From Alphaproteobacteria bacterium (GTDB taxonomy: Bacteria; Pseudomonadota; Alphaproteobacteria; JAAXGF01), in contig CAUVXB020000001.1 in NCBI GenBank assembly GCA_963555825.3, positions 672,001 to 736,000 of the forward strand: a stretch of DNA of 64,000 nucleotides. The letters are read 5' to 3'. The notes under the pieces are model-generated. The model made no database searches. It had not been told where the DNA came from and saw only the letters and a list, made by a program, of their open reading frames with translations. This document shows positions 42,709-53,429 of the stretch, piece after piece. The position numbers and the translations under genes were made by a program. The first letter of the stretch is position 1. Every line of letters starts with the position of its first letter.

Positions 42709-43167
42709 ATGTGGTGTCCGTTTTGCGGTAGTGACGATACCCAAGTCAAAGATTCGCGACCGACCGAGGACAACACGGCGATCCGGCGCCGGCGCCACTG
42801 CATCGCCTGCGAGTCGCGCTTTACGACTTTCGAACGGGTCCAGCTACGCGACCTGATGGTCATGAAGAAGAGCGGATCGCGGGCGCCGTTCGATCGCGAG
42901 AAGCTGTTGCGCTCGATTTCGATTGCGCTGCGCAAGCGGCCGATCGAGCCGGATCGCATCGAGCGCATCGTCAACGGCATCCAGCGTCGGTTGGAGAGCC
43001 GCGGCGAGACCGACATTCAGTCGAGCGTCATCGGCGAGATGGTGATGGACGCGCTCGCTGGCCTCGATCAGGTCGCCTATGTTCGTTTCGCGTCGGTCTA
43101 CCGCAATTTCCGCGAAGCGAAGGACTTCGAGAGTTTCGTCGAAAGACTGGGTGACGAAAACGACTGA
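42709..43167 (+). CDS. nrdR: Transcriptional repressor NrdR
   Basis: CPFC...VKDSRP...RRRRHC..C, ATP cone, [10 protein letters not shown]. Confidence 0.97.
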   Translation: MWCPFCGSDDTQVKDSRPTEDNTAIRRRRHCIACESRFTTFERVQLRDLMVMKKSGSRAPFDREKLLRSISIALRKRPIEPDRIERIVNGIQRRLESRGETDIQSSVIGEMVMDALAGLDQVAYVRFASVYRNFREAKDFESFVERLGDEND

Positions 43168-44278
43168 TTCCGCTGACGCGCACCACATGGCCGTGGCGCT
43201 GGGTCTTGCCCAGCGCGGCCTCGGTCGTGTCTGGCCCAACCCGAGCGTCGGCTGCGTCATCGTCAAGGACGGCCGCGTCGTCGGCCGTGGCTTCACGCAA
43301 CCAAAGGGGCGGCCTCATGCCGAGACCGAGGCGTTGCGGCACGCCGGGGAGAAGGCGCGTGGCGCGACCGCCTATGTCACGCTCGAGCCCTGCGCGCATC
43401 ACGGCGAAACGCCGTCCTGCGCCGACGCTCTGGTCTACGCCGGTATTGCGCGCGCCGTCGTGGCCATCGAGGACCCGTTTCATCTCGTCGCGGGTCGCGG
43501 CTTCGAACGCATGCGCGGCGCCGGGATCGACGTTGTAATTGGCGTGGGCCATGACTCGGCCAAGGCACTCAACGCCGGCTTCCTCATGAGCGTCGTCGAG
43601 GGACGCCCGCTGTTTACGCTCAAGACCGCGTCGACGCTAGACGGACGCATCGCGACACACACCGGCGAGAGCCAGTGGATCACCGGCGTGCCCGCGCGGG
43701 CACGAGCTCACGCCTTGCGGGCGAGCGCCGATGCCGTGATGGTCGGCATCGGCACGGCGCTGGCGGACGACCCACGGCTCGACTGCCGGCTGCCGGGACT
43801 CGCCGACCGATCACCGGTGCGTATCGTCGTCGACAGCCGCTCGCGTCTGCCCCTGACCAGCCGATTGGTCAGGACGGCGCGCGAGACGCCGACCTGGCTG
43901 CTCACATTGGCCGGCCAGGACGCGCGCCACCGCGCCTTCGCAGATACCGGGGTCGAGGTCATCGAGGTCGCGCCCGACGCCGATGGCAACCTCGACCTCG
44001 ACGCCGGCGCCGGCGCCCTCGGTGGCCGCGGGCTGACCCGGGTGCTTGTCGAAGGCGGCGGACGGCTGGCGGCCGGCTTGTTGCGCGCCGGTCTGGCCGA
44101 CCGGCTGGTGTGGTTCCGCGCGCCGCGGCTGATCGGCGGTGATGGCTTGCCGGCGAGCGAGGCCTTCGGCGTCGATCGTCTCGACGAGGCGCCCGCGTAC
44201 CAACGCATCGCTGTCGTCGAGGTCGGTAACGACGTCATGGAAACCTACGCGCGGATAACTTATACCAAGGATCAGTGA
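43151..44278 (+). CDS. ribD: Riboflavin biosynthesis deaminase/reductase RibD
   Basis: PNPSVG, HAE, TLEPCAH...C, SQWITG, VEGGG; last codons and stop lie in MITE B. Confidence 0.95.
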   Translation: MTKTTDSADAHHMAVALGLAQRGLGRVWPNPSVGCVIVKDGRVVGRGFTQPKGRPHAETEALRHAGEKARGATAYVTLEPCAHHGETPSCADALVYAGIARAVVAIEDPFHLVAGRGFERMRGAGIDVVIGVGHDSAKALNAGFLMSVVEGRPLFTLKTASTLDGRIATHTGESQWITGVPARARAHALRASADAVMVGIGTALADDPRLDCRLPGLADRSPVRIVVDSRSRLPLTSRLVRTARETPTWLLTLAGQDARHRAFADTGVEVIEVAPDADGNLDLDAGAGALGGRGLTRVLVEGGGRLAAGLLRAGLADRLVWFRAPRLIGGDGLPASEAFGVDRLDEAPAYQRIAVVEVGNDVMETYARITYTKDQ

Positions 44279-44526
44279 TAAAGACCCATAGAGATCGCGT
44301 CCGCTTTTTGCCGGGTAGGAAGGGAGCCGCAGGCGATGCAGCGCATCGGCTAGGGTTCCTGACGCCCTCCGGCGATAAGCGGACGCGACCCGAAGGGCGG
44401 CTTGCCGAGGCTCTCGGACGTCGTTGCGCCCGCCTTGCGATGCGCTGCATCGCCGCGACGGGCGCGCCTAGCCGAGAACCACGGCAAGCCGTCCCTATGG
44501 ATCTTTATCACTGATCCTTGGTATTA
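44260..44526. mobile_element. MITE-like element family B, copy 1
   Basis: IR ataccaaggatcagtgataaag / ctttatcactgatccttggtat; second copy at 48155-48440. Confidence 0.85.
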
Positions 44527-44537
44527 GGTTCCACGTC

Positions 44538-45119
44538 ATGTTCACCGGGATCGTCACCGACATGGGCGCGGTTCGCGCCGTCGACGCGCGCGGCGATACG
44601 CGTTTTACCATCACTGCGCCGTTCGACTGCGACACGGTCGCCATCGGTGCGTCGATTGCCTGCTCGGGCGCCTGCCTGACGGTGGTCGACAAGGGCGCCG
44701 ATTGGTTCGCCGTCGACGTCTCGGCCGAGACGCTGAGTTGCACGACGCTCGGCGCTTGGCGGGTGGGGGCCAAGGTGAACCTCGAGCGCTCGCTCAGGGT
44801 CGGCGAAGAACTCGGCGGGCATTTCGTGCTCGGCCATGTCGACGGCGTCGCCACGCTGACGGCGCGCGACCCGGTCGGCGGTTCCGAGCGTTTCGAGTTT
44901 ATCGCGCCGGACGATCTCGCGCGTTTCATCGCGGTCAAGGGATCGGTCGCGATCGACGGTGTCTCGCTCACCGTCAACCATGTCGACGGCGCGACCTTCG
45001 ACATCAACGTGATCCCGCACACGCTGAGCTGCACCATCTTGGGCGCGGCGGTGCCGGGCGAGCGCGTCAACCTGGAGATCGACGTCCTGGCGCGCTATGT
45101 TGCGCGCCTCAACCAATGA
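44538..45119 (+). CDS. ribE: Riboflavin synthase (alpha chain)
   Basis: MFTGIV N-terminus, GACLTV, VNLERSL, GGHFVLGHVDG. Confidence 0.95.
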   Translation: MFTGIVTDMGAVRAVDARGDTRFTITAPFDCDTVAIGASIACSGACLTVVDKGADWFAVDVSAETLSCTTLGAWRVGAKVNLERSLRVGEELGGHFVLGHVDGVATLTARDPVGGSERFEFIAPDDLARFIAVKGSVAIDGVSLTVNHVDGATFDINVIPHTLSCTILGAAVPGERVNLEIDVLARYVARLNQ

Positions 45120-46240
45120 GGCCGGCCGTGGCGCAGGATTCGGATTTCCTATCGTCGATCGAAGAAGTCATCGAGGAGGCGCGCAACGGGCGCATCTTTA
45201 TCCTGGTCGATGACGAGAGCCGGGAGAACGAAGGCGACGTCGTCATCCCGGCGCAGATGGCGACGCCCGAGGCGATCAACTTCATGGCCAAACATGCCCG
45301 TGGGCTGATTTGCCTGGCGTTGACGTCCGGGCGTATCCGAGAATTGGGCCTGCCGCTGATGGCCAAGCACAACGAGTCGCGCCATCAAACCGCCTTCACC
45401 GTCTCGATCGAGGCGAAGGAAGGGGTCAGCACCGGCATCTCGGTCGCCGACCGTGCGCATTCCATCGCGGTCGCCATCGACCCGACCCGGGGGCGTGACG
45501 ACTTGAGCACGCCGGGCCACGTATTTCCGCTCGAGGCTAATGACGGCGGCGTCCTGGTCCGCGCCGGGCACACCGAGGCGGCGGTTGACATCGCACGCCT
45601 CGCGGGCCTCAACGCGTCGGGTGTGATTTGCGAAATCATGAACGACGACGGCACCATGGCGCGCATGCCGGACCTGGTTCAATTCGCGCAGTTCCATGGC
45701 CTCAAGGTGGCGACCATCGCCGACCTGATCGCCTATCGCCTGCGCTACGACACGATTGTCGAGCGGACCTTCGAAGGGCTGCTCGACAGCCGTTTCGGCG
45801 GTGAATTCGCCATGCAGATATTCACCAACAGCGTCGACGGCACCGAACATGTCGCGCTGATCAAGGGCGATGTGACGACGGCCGAGCCGGTCCTCGTCCG
45901 CGTCCATGCGCTCAACGTCTTAGACGATATTCTCGGCGGCGGCGGCGCATTGGCGTCGGCGATGCGGCTGGTCAGCGACGCCGGACGCGGCGTCGTCATT
46001 CTGATCCGCGAGCCGACGTCGGCCAGCCTGTCGGCGCGCTTGCGCGCCACGAGGGAGGACGTGGCGGGCGATCCCCATGGCGGCAATCTGCGCGAAGTCG
46101 GCATCGGGTCGCAGATTTTGCGCGAGCTCGGCGTGCGCGACATGATCGTGCTGTCGAACACCGAGCGCGCGATCATCGGCCTCGAGGGCTATGGCCTGAC
46201 GGTGGCCGGGTTCCAGCCGATTTCATCGGATGACGGCTGA
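45116..46240 (+). CDS. ribB: 3,4-dihydroxy-2-butanone-4-phosphate synthase with degenerate GTP cyclohydrolase II domain
   Basis: DDESRENEGD, TAFTVSIEA, RAGHTEA; C-terminal domain lacks the Zn-binding Cys. Confidence 0.92.
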   Translation: MRPAVAQDSDFLSSIEEVIEEARNGRIFILVDDESRENEGDVVIPAQMATPEAINFMAKHARGLICLALTSGRIRELGLPLMAKHNESRHQTAFTVSIEAKEGVSTGISVADRAHSIAVAIDPTRGRDDLSTPGHVFPLEANDGGVLVRAGHTEAAVDIARLAGLNASGVICEIMNDDGTMARMPDLVQFAQFHGLKVATIADLIAYRLRYDTIVERTFEGLLDSRFGGEFAMQIFTNSVDGTEHVALIKGDVTTAEPVLVRVHALNVLDDILGGGGALASAMRLVSDAGRGVVILIREPTSASLSARLRATREDVAGDPHGGNLREVGIGSQILRELGVRDMIVLSNTERAIIGLEGYGLTVAGFQPISSDDG

Positions 46241-46691
46241 CATGGCCGGCGGCCCGCATGTGCTGATCGTCGAGGCGCGTTTCTACGCCGACATTGCCGA
46301 CGAGTTGGTGCGCGGCGCCACCGCGACGCTGGCAGAGGCGGGGGCGACGTTCGATCGTACCACCGTGCCGGGCGCTTTCGAAATTCCGACGGCTATCGCG
46401 ATGGCCATCGACAGTGGGCGTTACGACGGCTATGTCGCATTGGGCTGCGTGATTCGAGGCGAGACCAGTCACTACGACTATGTCTGTGGCGAGAGTGCGC
46501 GGGGGCTCGCCGAACTCGCACGTGTCCATCGCGCGCCGATCGGCTACGGCATTCTGACCTGTGAGACGCGCGACCAGGCCTGGGCACGCGCCGCCGTCGA
46601 CGGCAACGGCAAGAACAAGGGGCGCGATACGGCCGAAGCGTGTCTTGCCTTGATCGCGCTCGGGCAAGACCTGGCAGGCGGTGGACAATGA
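46230..46691 (+). CDS. ribH: 6,7-dimethyl-8-ribityllumazine synthase
   Basis: VPGAFEIP, LGCVIRGETSHYDYV. Confidence 0.95.
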   Translation: MTADMAGGPHVLIVEARFYADIADELVRGATATLAEAGATFDRTTVPGAFEIPTAIAMAIDSGRYDGYVALGCVIRGETSHYDYVCGESARGLAELARVHRAPIGYGILTCETRDQAWARAAVDGNGKNKGRDTAEACLALIALGQDLAGGGQ

Positions 46692-47194
46692 ACGACGACG
46701 CCGACGCCGAAGAGACCGCCGCGCCGCCTGTCGACCGGCGTCGCGCGGCGCGGTTGGCCGCGGTCCAGGCACTTTATCAGATCGAGATGAACGACGCCGG
46801 AGCCGACGAGGTCATCGCTGAGTTCGTCCGCCACCGCCTGGGCGCCGCCGACGACGGCGCGGCGTCGGCCGCGGCCGACCCCGAGCTGTTCGCCGATCTG
46901 GTGCGCGGCGCCTGCGCCCGGGGCGACGAGATCGACGCGCTGATTTCGGCAGCGCTGAGCGCGGATTGGACGCTTCATCGTCTCGAACTGTTGCTGCGGG
47001 CCGTGCTGCGAGTCGGCGTCTATGAGTTGGTCGGACGCCCTCAGGTACCGGCGCGCGTCGCCATCAACGAGAATATCGAGATCGCCCGCGATTTCTTCAG
47101 CCGCGGCGAGCCGGGTATGGTGAACGGCGTGCTCGACCGCATCGCTCGCGAGGTTCGCGCGGTCGAGTTTACCGAAACGGACGACGCCGGTTAA
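46688..47194 (+). CDS. nusB: Transcription antitermination factor NusB
   Basis: RRAARLAAVQALYQ, AINE, VNGVLD; follows ribH. Confidence 0.93.
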   Translation: MNDDADAEETAAPPVDRRRAARLAAVQALYQIEMNDAGADEVIAEFVRHRLGAADDGAASAAADPELFADLVRGACARGDEIDALISAALSADWTLHRLELLLRAVLRVGVYELVGRPQVPARVAINENIEIARDFFSRGEPGMVNGVLDRIAREVRAVEFTETDDAG

Positions 47195-48145
47195 GTGGAC
47201 GAGTTCGACCTGATCGCCCGTCACTTCGCACCGCTTGCGAGCGGCGCGCCTTGCGCCTTCGGCCTGACCGACGACGCTGCGCTGGTCGAGGTCGGGCCGG
47301 GCCGGCGCCTGGTCGCCACCAAGGACATGATCGTCGCGGGCGTCCATTTCCTGGCCGACGACCCGGCCGACCTGATTGCCCGCAAGCTGTTGCGCGTCAA
47401 TCTCTCCGATTTGGCGGCGATGGGCGCCGAGCCGCTCGCCTACCTGTTGGCGATCGCACTACCGCGCGATGTGGATGATAGCTGGGTCGCCGGTTTCGCC
47501 GCCGGCCTCGGCGTCGACCAGGCGACGTTCGGCGTGCATCTCATCGGCGGCGACACGGTGGCGACCGACGGCCCCCTGACGGCTTCGATCACCGCGCTCG
47601 GCGAGGTCGAGGCCGATCATGCGCTGCGCCGCGCTGGCGCCCAGCCCGGCGACACCGTCTACGTCAGCGGCACGCTGGGTGATGCCGCGCTCGGGCTTCT
47701 GGTGCGACGCGGTGCTCTTACGGAGCTCGATGCCGATGCGCAAGCCTCGCTGATCGACCGCTACCGCCTGCCCAGGCCGCGCGTCGATCTTGGCCAGCGC
47801 TTGCAAGGCGTTGCGAGCGCCGCTATCGACATCTCCGACGGCTTGGTAGCCGACCTGGGCCACGTCTGCGTACAATCGGGTGTCGGCGCCGAGGTCGAGG
47901 CGGGTAGGGTGCCGCTGTCGCCAGCGGCGCGATCGGCGCTCGATGCGAACCCGGAACTGATGGCTAGCGTGATGACGGGCGGCGACGACTACGAGCTTTT
48001 GTTCACGGCGAGTTCGGCCGACGGGTTAACGGCGGACCCGCCGATCACGGCGATCGGACGGATCACCGATGGAAGCGGGGTCCAGGTGCTCGATGATGAA
48101 GGAGCGCCGATGACGTTCCCATCGGCCGGCTACCGCCACCGCTGA
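47195..48145 (+). CDS. thiL: Thiamine-monophosphate kinase
   Basis: DEFDLI, DDAA, NLSDLAAMGA, GGDT, DISDGL, GGDDYEL. Confidence 0.95.
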   Translation: MDEFDLIARHFAPLASGAPCAFGLTDDAALVEVGPGRRLVATKDMIVAGVHFLADDPADLIARKLLRVNLSDLAAMGAEPLAYLLAIALPRDVDDSWVAGFAAGLGVDQATFGVHLIGGDTVATDGPLTASITALGEVEADHALRRAGAQPGDTVYVSGTLGDAALGLLVRRGALTELDADAQASLIDRYRLPRPRVDLGQRLQGVASAAIDISDGLVADLGHVCVQSGVGAEVEAGRVPLSPAARSALDANPELMASVMTGGDDYELLFTASSADGLTADPPITAIGRITDGSGVQVLDDEGAPMTFPSAGYRHR

Positions 48146-48154
48146 ACGGCGTGA

Positions 48155-48440
48155 TGATACCAAGGATCAGTGATAAAGGCCCCTAGAGACCGCGTCCGCT
48201 TTTCGCCGGTGAGGTAAGGGAGCCGCGGGCGATGCAGCGCATCGGCTAGGCAACCTGGCGCCCTCCGGCGATAAGCGGCCGCGACCCGAAGGGCGGCTTG
48301 CCGAGGCTCTCGCCCGCTATCAGATTGGCGGACGTCGTTGCACCCGTCTTGCGATGCGCTGCATCGCCACGACAGGCGCGCCTAGCCGAGAACCACGGCA
48401 AGCCGTCTCTAGGGGTCTTTATCACTGATCCTTGGTATTA
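48155..48440. mobile_element. MITE-like element family B, copy 2
   Basis: Same IRs as copy 1 with a diverged interior and an extra internal hairpin; right end overlaps TAA stop of the 88 aa ORF. Confidence 0.85.
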
Positions 48441-48704
48441 ACGCGTGTCGGCGGCACGGCCGGCGACCATCGCCCGGTCGGCGCGGTGGATCTCCTCGGC
48501 CAGCTTGTGGACGCGGTCGGCGTCCGGGGTGCCGTGGGCGATGACCACCGAAGCGCAGCGCTGGCGTTCGCTGAGCACGACCTTGATGACTGCCTTCTCG
48601 ATGACGTCGGTAGCGGCCTTGGCCTGGTCCTCTGTCGGTGTCGCGCCCAAGGACTCGAACACCGATTTGGCGATGCTGTCGGCGCGCTCGCGCAATGTCG
48701 TCAT
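48438..48704 (-). CDS. Hypothetical protein (88 aa, helical)
   Basis: GGGGAGG RBS upstream, host-like codon usage; no recognised family. Confidence 0.65.
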   Translation of the reverse strand: MTTLRERADSIAKSVFESLGATPTEDQAKAATDVIEKAVIKVVLSERQRCASVVIAHGTPDADRVHKLAEEIHRADRAMVAGRAADTR

Positions 48705-48789
48705 TATGGCCTCCCCCGATCTCTACGTTCGATTGCTTGGCCGTCGAGATTAGCACAGCGGCGCCGCCGCTGGTAACCCTAACACCGAA

Positions 48790-50209
48790 TGTATCGCACC
48801 CGGTTCCTTGGACACAAGTTTGTCTCATGCGGCGGGCCTGAGTGACATCGCGGTGTGCCACGCCTGACGAGCTTGAGCGGGGCTCAGGTAGCCGTTCTTC
48901 TCCACGATCCACTGGGCATTGTACTGTTCGACGAACCCGCGGACGGCGTTCCGCAGCTCCGCGATGTTGCGGTAGATGCGGCCATGGATGATCTGTTCCT
49001 TGAGCGTGCGATTGAACCTCTCGGCGACGCCGTTGGTCTGGGGCTGTTCGACGAAGGCGTAGGACGGCTGGATGCCCCAGAACTTGATCTGGTTGGTGAA
49101 GTGGTCCGACAGATACTGGGAGCCGTGATCCATCCGCAAGGCCAGCCCCCGCGCCGCACCGGCGGAGGTCGAGGCATACAGCCTCGCAAGCCCCATGGAG
49201 ATCGGCTGAAGGGCGGCGAAGCGGTCGCCTCGCTTGCACACATGCCAGCCGACGCACTCGGCGTTCCAATGCTCGATGGCGGTGAATATCCAGCCCCAGC
49301 CGTCGTCCACCGTGAACACCCGAACGCCGTCCGTGCCCCACATGAGGTTGGGGGCATGGGTGATGATCTCACCGACATGGGGATTTCCGCCACGGCGGCG
49401 GCAGCGATGGGGCGAGAGCAGGTTGTTCTCGCGCATCACCCGGAGCCCCCGCTTGCGGGAAACACGGATGCCACGACAGACCCGAAGCCGAGCCCAGACC
49501 TTGCGGTGTCCCTCGCCCTCCCAGGGGGATGCCTCCAGGTCGGCCTCGATGGCCACCAGCAGAGCCTCGTCCGAGATCGAGGGCTTCGGTCCCCGGCGCT
49601 TTGCTGGTGGGCGCTCAGCGGTGGCCTGCTGCCGGGATTTCATGGCGTAGAACGAGGAACGGGCAAAACCCCAGGCCGCACAGACCCGCTGGAGGCCGTA
49701 GGCCAAACCCGTGCCGGGAGAGGTGGCGGCACTCATCGCCGCGACCTCCGCCGCCCCAAAGGGCCGGACGTCTCCGTCTTGGCCTCCAGCAGTTCCACCT
49801 GCATGATCAACTCCCCGATCCGCTTCATGGCGATGTCCAGTTCCGCCTTCACCGGATCGCCCTTGCGTTCCTTGAGCGAGGCATCGATCCCGGCGATCGC
49901 CTTCTCACGCCACTGCTCGAGCCGGAAAATCTCCACGCCCAACTGCCGCGACAAAAGTTCCACCGGCTCGCCACGCAAAAGCCGCAGGGCAACCTCACGC
50001 TTGCGCGTCACCGTCCACCGCTGGCCAAGTCCCAGCGGGCCTGCCGGCGAAACCTGGCCCGGGGAAAACGTGGACGAGCCAAGCTCGCCCTCGTTTACCA
50101 CAGGCCCATCAACAGCAACTTTGTTCTCAAAATTGTCGGTCATGTTCCGGTCCTCCTTGGACACTTCGATTAAGCCAATTCTGTGTCCAAGGAAATCGGG
50201 TCCGACTCA
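48790..50209 (-). mobile_element. IS3-like insertion sequence, copy 3 (orfA 49733-50143, orfB 48825-49736)
   Basis: Reverse complement of copies 1 and 2; 14 bp DR accctaacaccgaa (48776-48789, 50210-50223). Confidence 0.92.
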
Positions 50210-50230
50210 ACCCTAACACCGAAAATGAAC

Positions 50231-51413
50231 TAGTGTCCTGATCGATAAATTGATATGATTATGTCTCTATTTGTTTTTAGGAGGCGCGATTGATGGCGAG
50301 AGTGGCGGTGACGATCTCTTTGAGCGATGACGAGCGCGCCGAATTGGAGGCGCTGTCTCGTCGTCGCAAGACGTCGCAGGGGCTTGCGCGGCGGGCTCGG
50401 ATCGTCTTGGCGGCGGCGGAAGGGTTGGAGAACAAGGAGATCGCCGTTCGTCTCGAGGCGAGCGCGGACACCGTGGGCAAGTGGCGTCGCCGCTATGCGG
50501 CGGAGGGCCTCGACGGTCTGTACGACGAACCCCGCCCCGGCGCGCCGCGTCAAATCGGCGATGACGCCATCGCGGAAGCGGTCCGGCTGACGCTGGAAGA
50601 GACGCCGCCGGACGCGACCCATTGGAGCCTTCGCTCGATGGCGCGGGCGAGCGGCCACGCGCCCTCGACCATTCATCGCATCTGGCGGGCCTTCGGCTTG
50701 CAGCCGCATCGCTCGGAGACCTTCAAGCTGTCGAGCGATCCCTTCTTCGTGGAGAAGGTCCGCGACATCGTCGGTCTGTATTTGGCGCCGCCGGATCGTG
50801 CCCTGGTTCTCTGTGTCGACGAAAAGAGCCAGATCCAGGCCCTGGACCGTTCCCAGCCCCTCTTGCCGATGCGCCCCGGGCAGGCGGAGCGGCGCAGCCA
50901 CGACTACAAGCGCCACGGCACGACCTCTCTCTTCGCGGCCCTCGACATCGCCACGGGAGAGATCATCGGCAAATGTTTCCCGCGCCATCGGGCCCGAGAG
51001 TTCCGCAAATTCCTCGACCTCGTCGAGGCGAACGTCCCTGCTGATCTCGACATCCACATCGTCATGGACAACTACGGGACCCACAAGACCAAGGCGATCC
51101 GCGACTGGTTCGCCAAACGGCCGCGCTGGCAGGCCCATTTCACACCCACCAGCGCCTCCTGGCTGAACCAGGTCGAGCGCTGGTTCGGGCTGCTGACCGA
51201 CAAGCAGATCAGGCGCGGCGTCCATCGCTCCACCAAGGAGTTGGAGCGCACCATCCTCGACTACATCGACACGACAAACCAGAACCCCAAACCCTTCAAA
51301 TGGACCAAATCCGCCGATGACATCCTCGGCGCCATCCAGCGCTTCTGCCTCCGAACAATCGAAATCGCTGAACAGCAGGCGAAAATCATGCGAACTTCGG
51401 AATCGGGACACTA
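50231..51413 (+). mobile_element. IS630 family IS, copy 1 (transposase about 50293-51414)
   Basis: cTAgtgtcc...ggacacTAg ends, TA duplication in CTAG; [26 protein letters not shown]. Confidence 0.93.
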
Positions 51414-52616
51414 GTCGTCATCGGGCACATCCAGGGTGAACAGCTCCTGCGGCCGGCGCACGCCGCGCAGCGCGTAGCGGCCGAGCGAGACGAGGCGGTC
51501 CGCCGACTCGCGCGCGGTCTCGGCGAAGGCCGAGGAGATGACGAGCGATTGCTCGAGCGCCCGGCACATCGCCTCGATCCGGCTGATCTCGTTGACCGCC
51601 GGGCCGACGACGGTGAAGTCGAGCCGCCGGCGGGCGCCGATGTTGCCGTACATCACGTCGCCGAAGTGCAGTGCGATGTAAAACCCGGTCGCCGGCAAGC
51701 CAGCGGCGCTGCGCTGCGCGGTCAGCTCTGCGAGCCGCTCGATCACCCGCTCGGCGGCGTCGAGCGCGGCGCGGCAGCTCTCGGCGTCGTCGTCCAGGTT
51801 GAATATGGCCAAGAGGCCGTCGCCCATGAATTTGAGCACATGGCCGCCGAAATCGTGCACCGTCGTGACCATGCACTCGAAGTAGTCGTCGAGCATGCCG
51901 AGCAGCTGGTCGCGGGGCGTCGTCTCGGCCAGCCGCGTGAAGCCCTGCAGGTCGCGATACCACAGCGCGGCGTGGATGGTGCTGCCGGTGCCGCGATCGA
52001 TCTCGCCGCTGAGCACGCGCGCGCCGGCGTCCGAGCCGAGGTAGGTCTCGATGATGCCGCGCGCGATACGATAGGTCGACGAGCTCTTGACGGCGAGCGC
52101 CAATGACGGCGTGATCTGCTCGATCGCCGCGATGTGGGCGTCGGCGAAGCCGCCCGGCGCGTCGGTCAGCCAAGACGACAGGATGCGGCGCGCCGGGCCG
52201 AAGCGGTGCGCCTCGCCGAACGCCGTCTCGAATGCGAAGTAGTCGGTCGCGCCCGCGGCGCCGAGCCGGCTCAGCATCGGGAACTCGTCGCCCTCGCCCT
52301 TGTCGAGTCGGAAACGAAGCAGCGTGCGGTCGTCGTTCATCATGACCGAGAACGGCGTGCGCTCGTCGCTGCCCTCGGCCTCGGCGGCGTTGCGTTCCCA
52401 ACCTTCCTGTACGGTCTCGTCGCCGCGCCGCCAGATGAACAGGTGGCCGCCGGTGATCGGGTGCAGCGTCGGCTGCGAGATGTTGACCCGGATGAGCGGG
52501 ATATCGGCCGCCAGCATGCGTTCGCAGAGACCCTCGAGGAGCATCGTCTCGTCGGTGCCCTCGAGCCCCTCGGCGACGATCCACTGGACGATGTCGTGGG
52601 CCTGCTCAGGCGTCAT
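51411..52616 (-). CDS. Class III adenylate/guanylate cyclase with N-terminal GAF-like region
   Basis: [43 protein letters not shown]. Confidence 0.88.
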   Translation of the reverse strand: MTPEQAHDIVQWIVAEGLEGTDETMLLEGLCERMLAADIPLIRVNISQPTLHPITGGHLFIWRRGDETVQEGWERNAAEAEGSDERTPFSVMMNDDRTLLRFRLDKGEGDEFPMLSRLGAAGATDYFAFETAFGEAHRFGPARRILSSWLTDAPGGFADAHIAAIEQITPSLALAVKSSSTYRIARGIIETYLGSDAGARVLSGEIDRGTGSTIHAALWYRDLQGFTRLAETTPRDQLLGMLDDYFECMVTTVHDFGGHVLKFMGDGLLAIFNLDDDAESCRAALDAAERVIERLAELTAQRSAAGLPATGFYIALHFGDVMYGNIGARRRLDFTVVGPAVNEISRIEAMCRALEQSLVISSAFAETARESADRLVSLGRYALRGVRRPQELFTLDVPDDD

Positions 52617-52695
52617 TCATTCGTCGACAATCAGCCAAGAAGCGGTGTTTTCCGCGAACTTGAAGGTAGATCCGATTATCCCCTCTAAACAGCCG

Positions 52696-53325
52696 TCAGT
52701 TGCCAAAGCACTCCTCCTGGATGGGCAAAATCTTTGGACGCAGCTTTACCGTGTTGGCCAGTCGGACGATCTTGGGGCAGTTGGCTTCTAGCCAGGGCGC
52801 GTCGTGCCACTGGGAGAGCAGCCACACGTATATGTCCAGCATGCTCAAATCGTTACCAAACATATAGGCTTCGTCACCCAAAACGTCTTCGAACATGCTG
52901 TAGTGGCGGTCCACGTATGCCTTCGCCGCATCTTCAACACCTTGCTTGCCGTTTGTGTCCGCCGTATAGCGCTCGCCGCGAAACGCCCGTAGCGCTCCCT
53001 CGTAAACGTTCACCGCAAAGAAGATCAGCCAGCGGTCATGCTGCGCTCGCTCCGATGTTCCGGGAGCAGGCGCAAGCCTAGCCTCGGGGTGAGCGTCGGC
53101 GATGTGCAGTAGCATGGCCGAAGTCTCGGTCATGATCGAACCGTCCGGCAGCATGAGGGCGGGCACCTGCTGACACGGATTGATCCGTCGGTAGTCCTCC
53201 GTCAGATGCTGATTCTCTCTGGTCGCGATCTCGACTTCTTCGAACGGGGCGTCCGCTTCCATGAGGGCTGCCTTGATGGCGCAGGTGCCTCCTCCTGTCA
53301 CTGTCGTCCCGTAGAGCTTGTACAT
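52696..53325 (-). CDS. Glutathione S-transferase family protein
   Basis: INPCQQVPAL, MTETSAMLLHIAD, SMLDIY. Confidence 0.88.
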   Translation of the reverse strand: MYKLYGTTVTGGGTCAIKAALMEADAPFEEVEIATRENQHLTEDYRRINPCQQVPALMLPDGSIMTETSAMLLHIADAHPEARLAPAPGTSERAQHDRWLIFFAVNVYEGALRAFRGERYTADTNGKQGVEDAAKAYVDRHYSMFEDVLGDEAYMFGNDLSMLDIYVWLLSQWHDAPWLEANCPKIVRLANTVKLRPKILPIQEECFGN

Positions 53326-53429
53326 CGTCAGTCTCCAGACGTCGGCAATCTATCTCGAACAGCCTCGCGGATCTCAAAAATTCGGCCCACTTTGGCGTTG
53401 CAGAGGCCGATTTAACTTAGGCGCTTCGA

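Noticed and set aside
44279-44537. FMN riboswitch in the rib operon
   Set aside because: No FMN aptamer consensus recognised; the region has terminal IRs and a second copy after thiL, consistent with a MITE
45116-46240. Degenerate GTP cyclohydrolase II domain as a novelty
   Set aside because: RibB fused to an inactive RibA-like domain is a known, common arrangement in Proteobacteria
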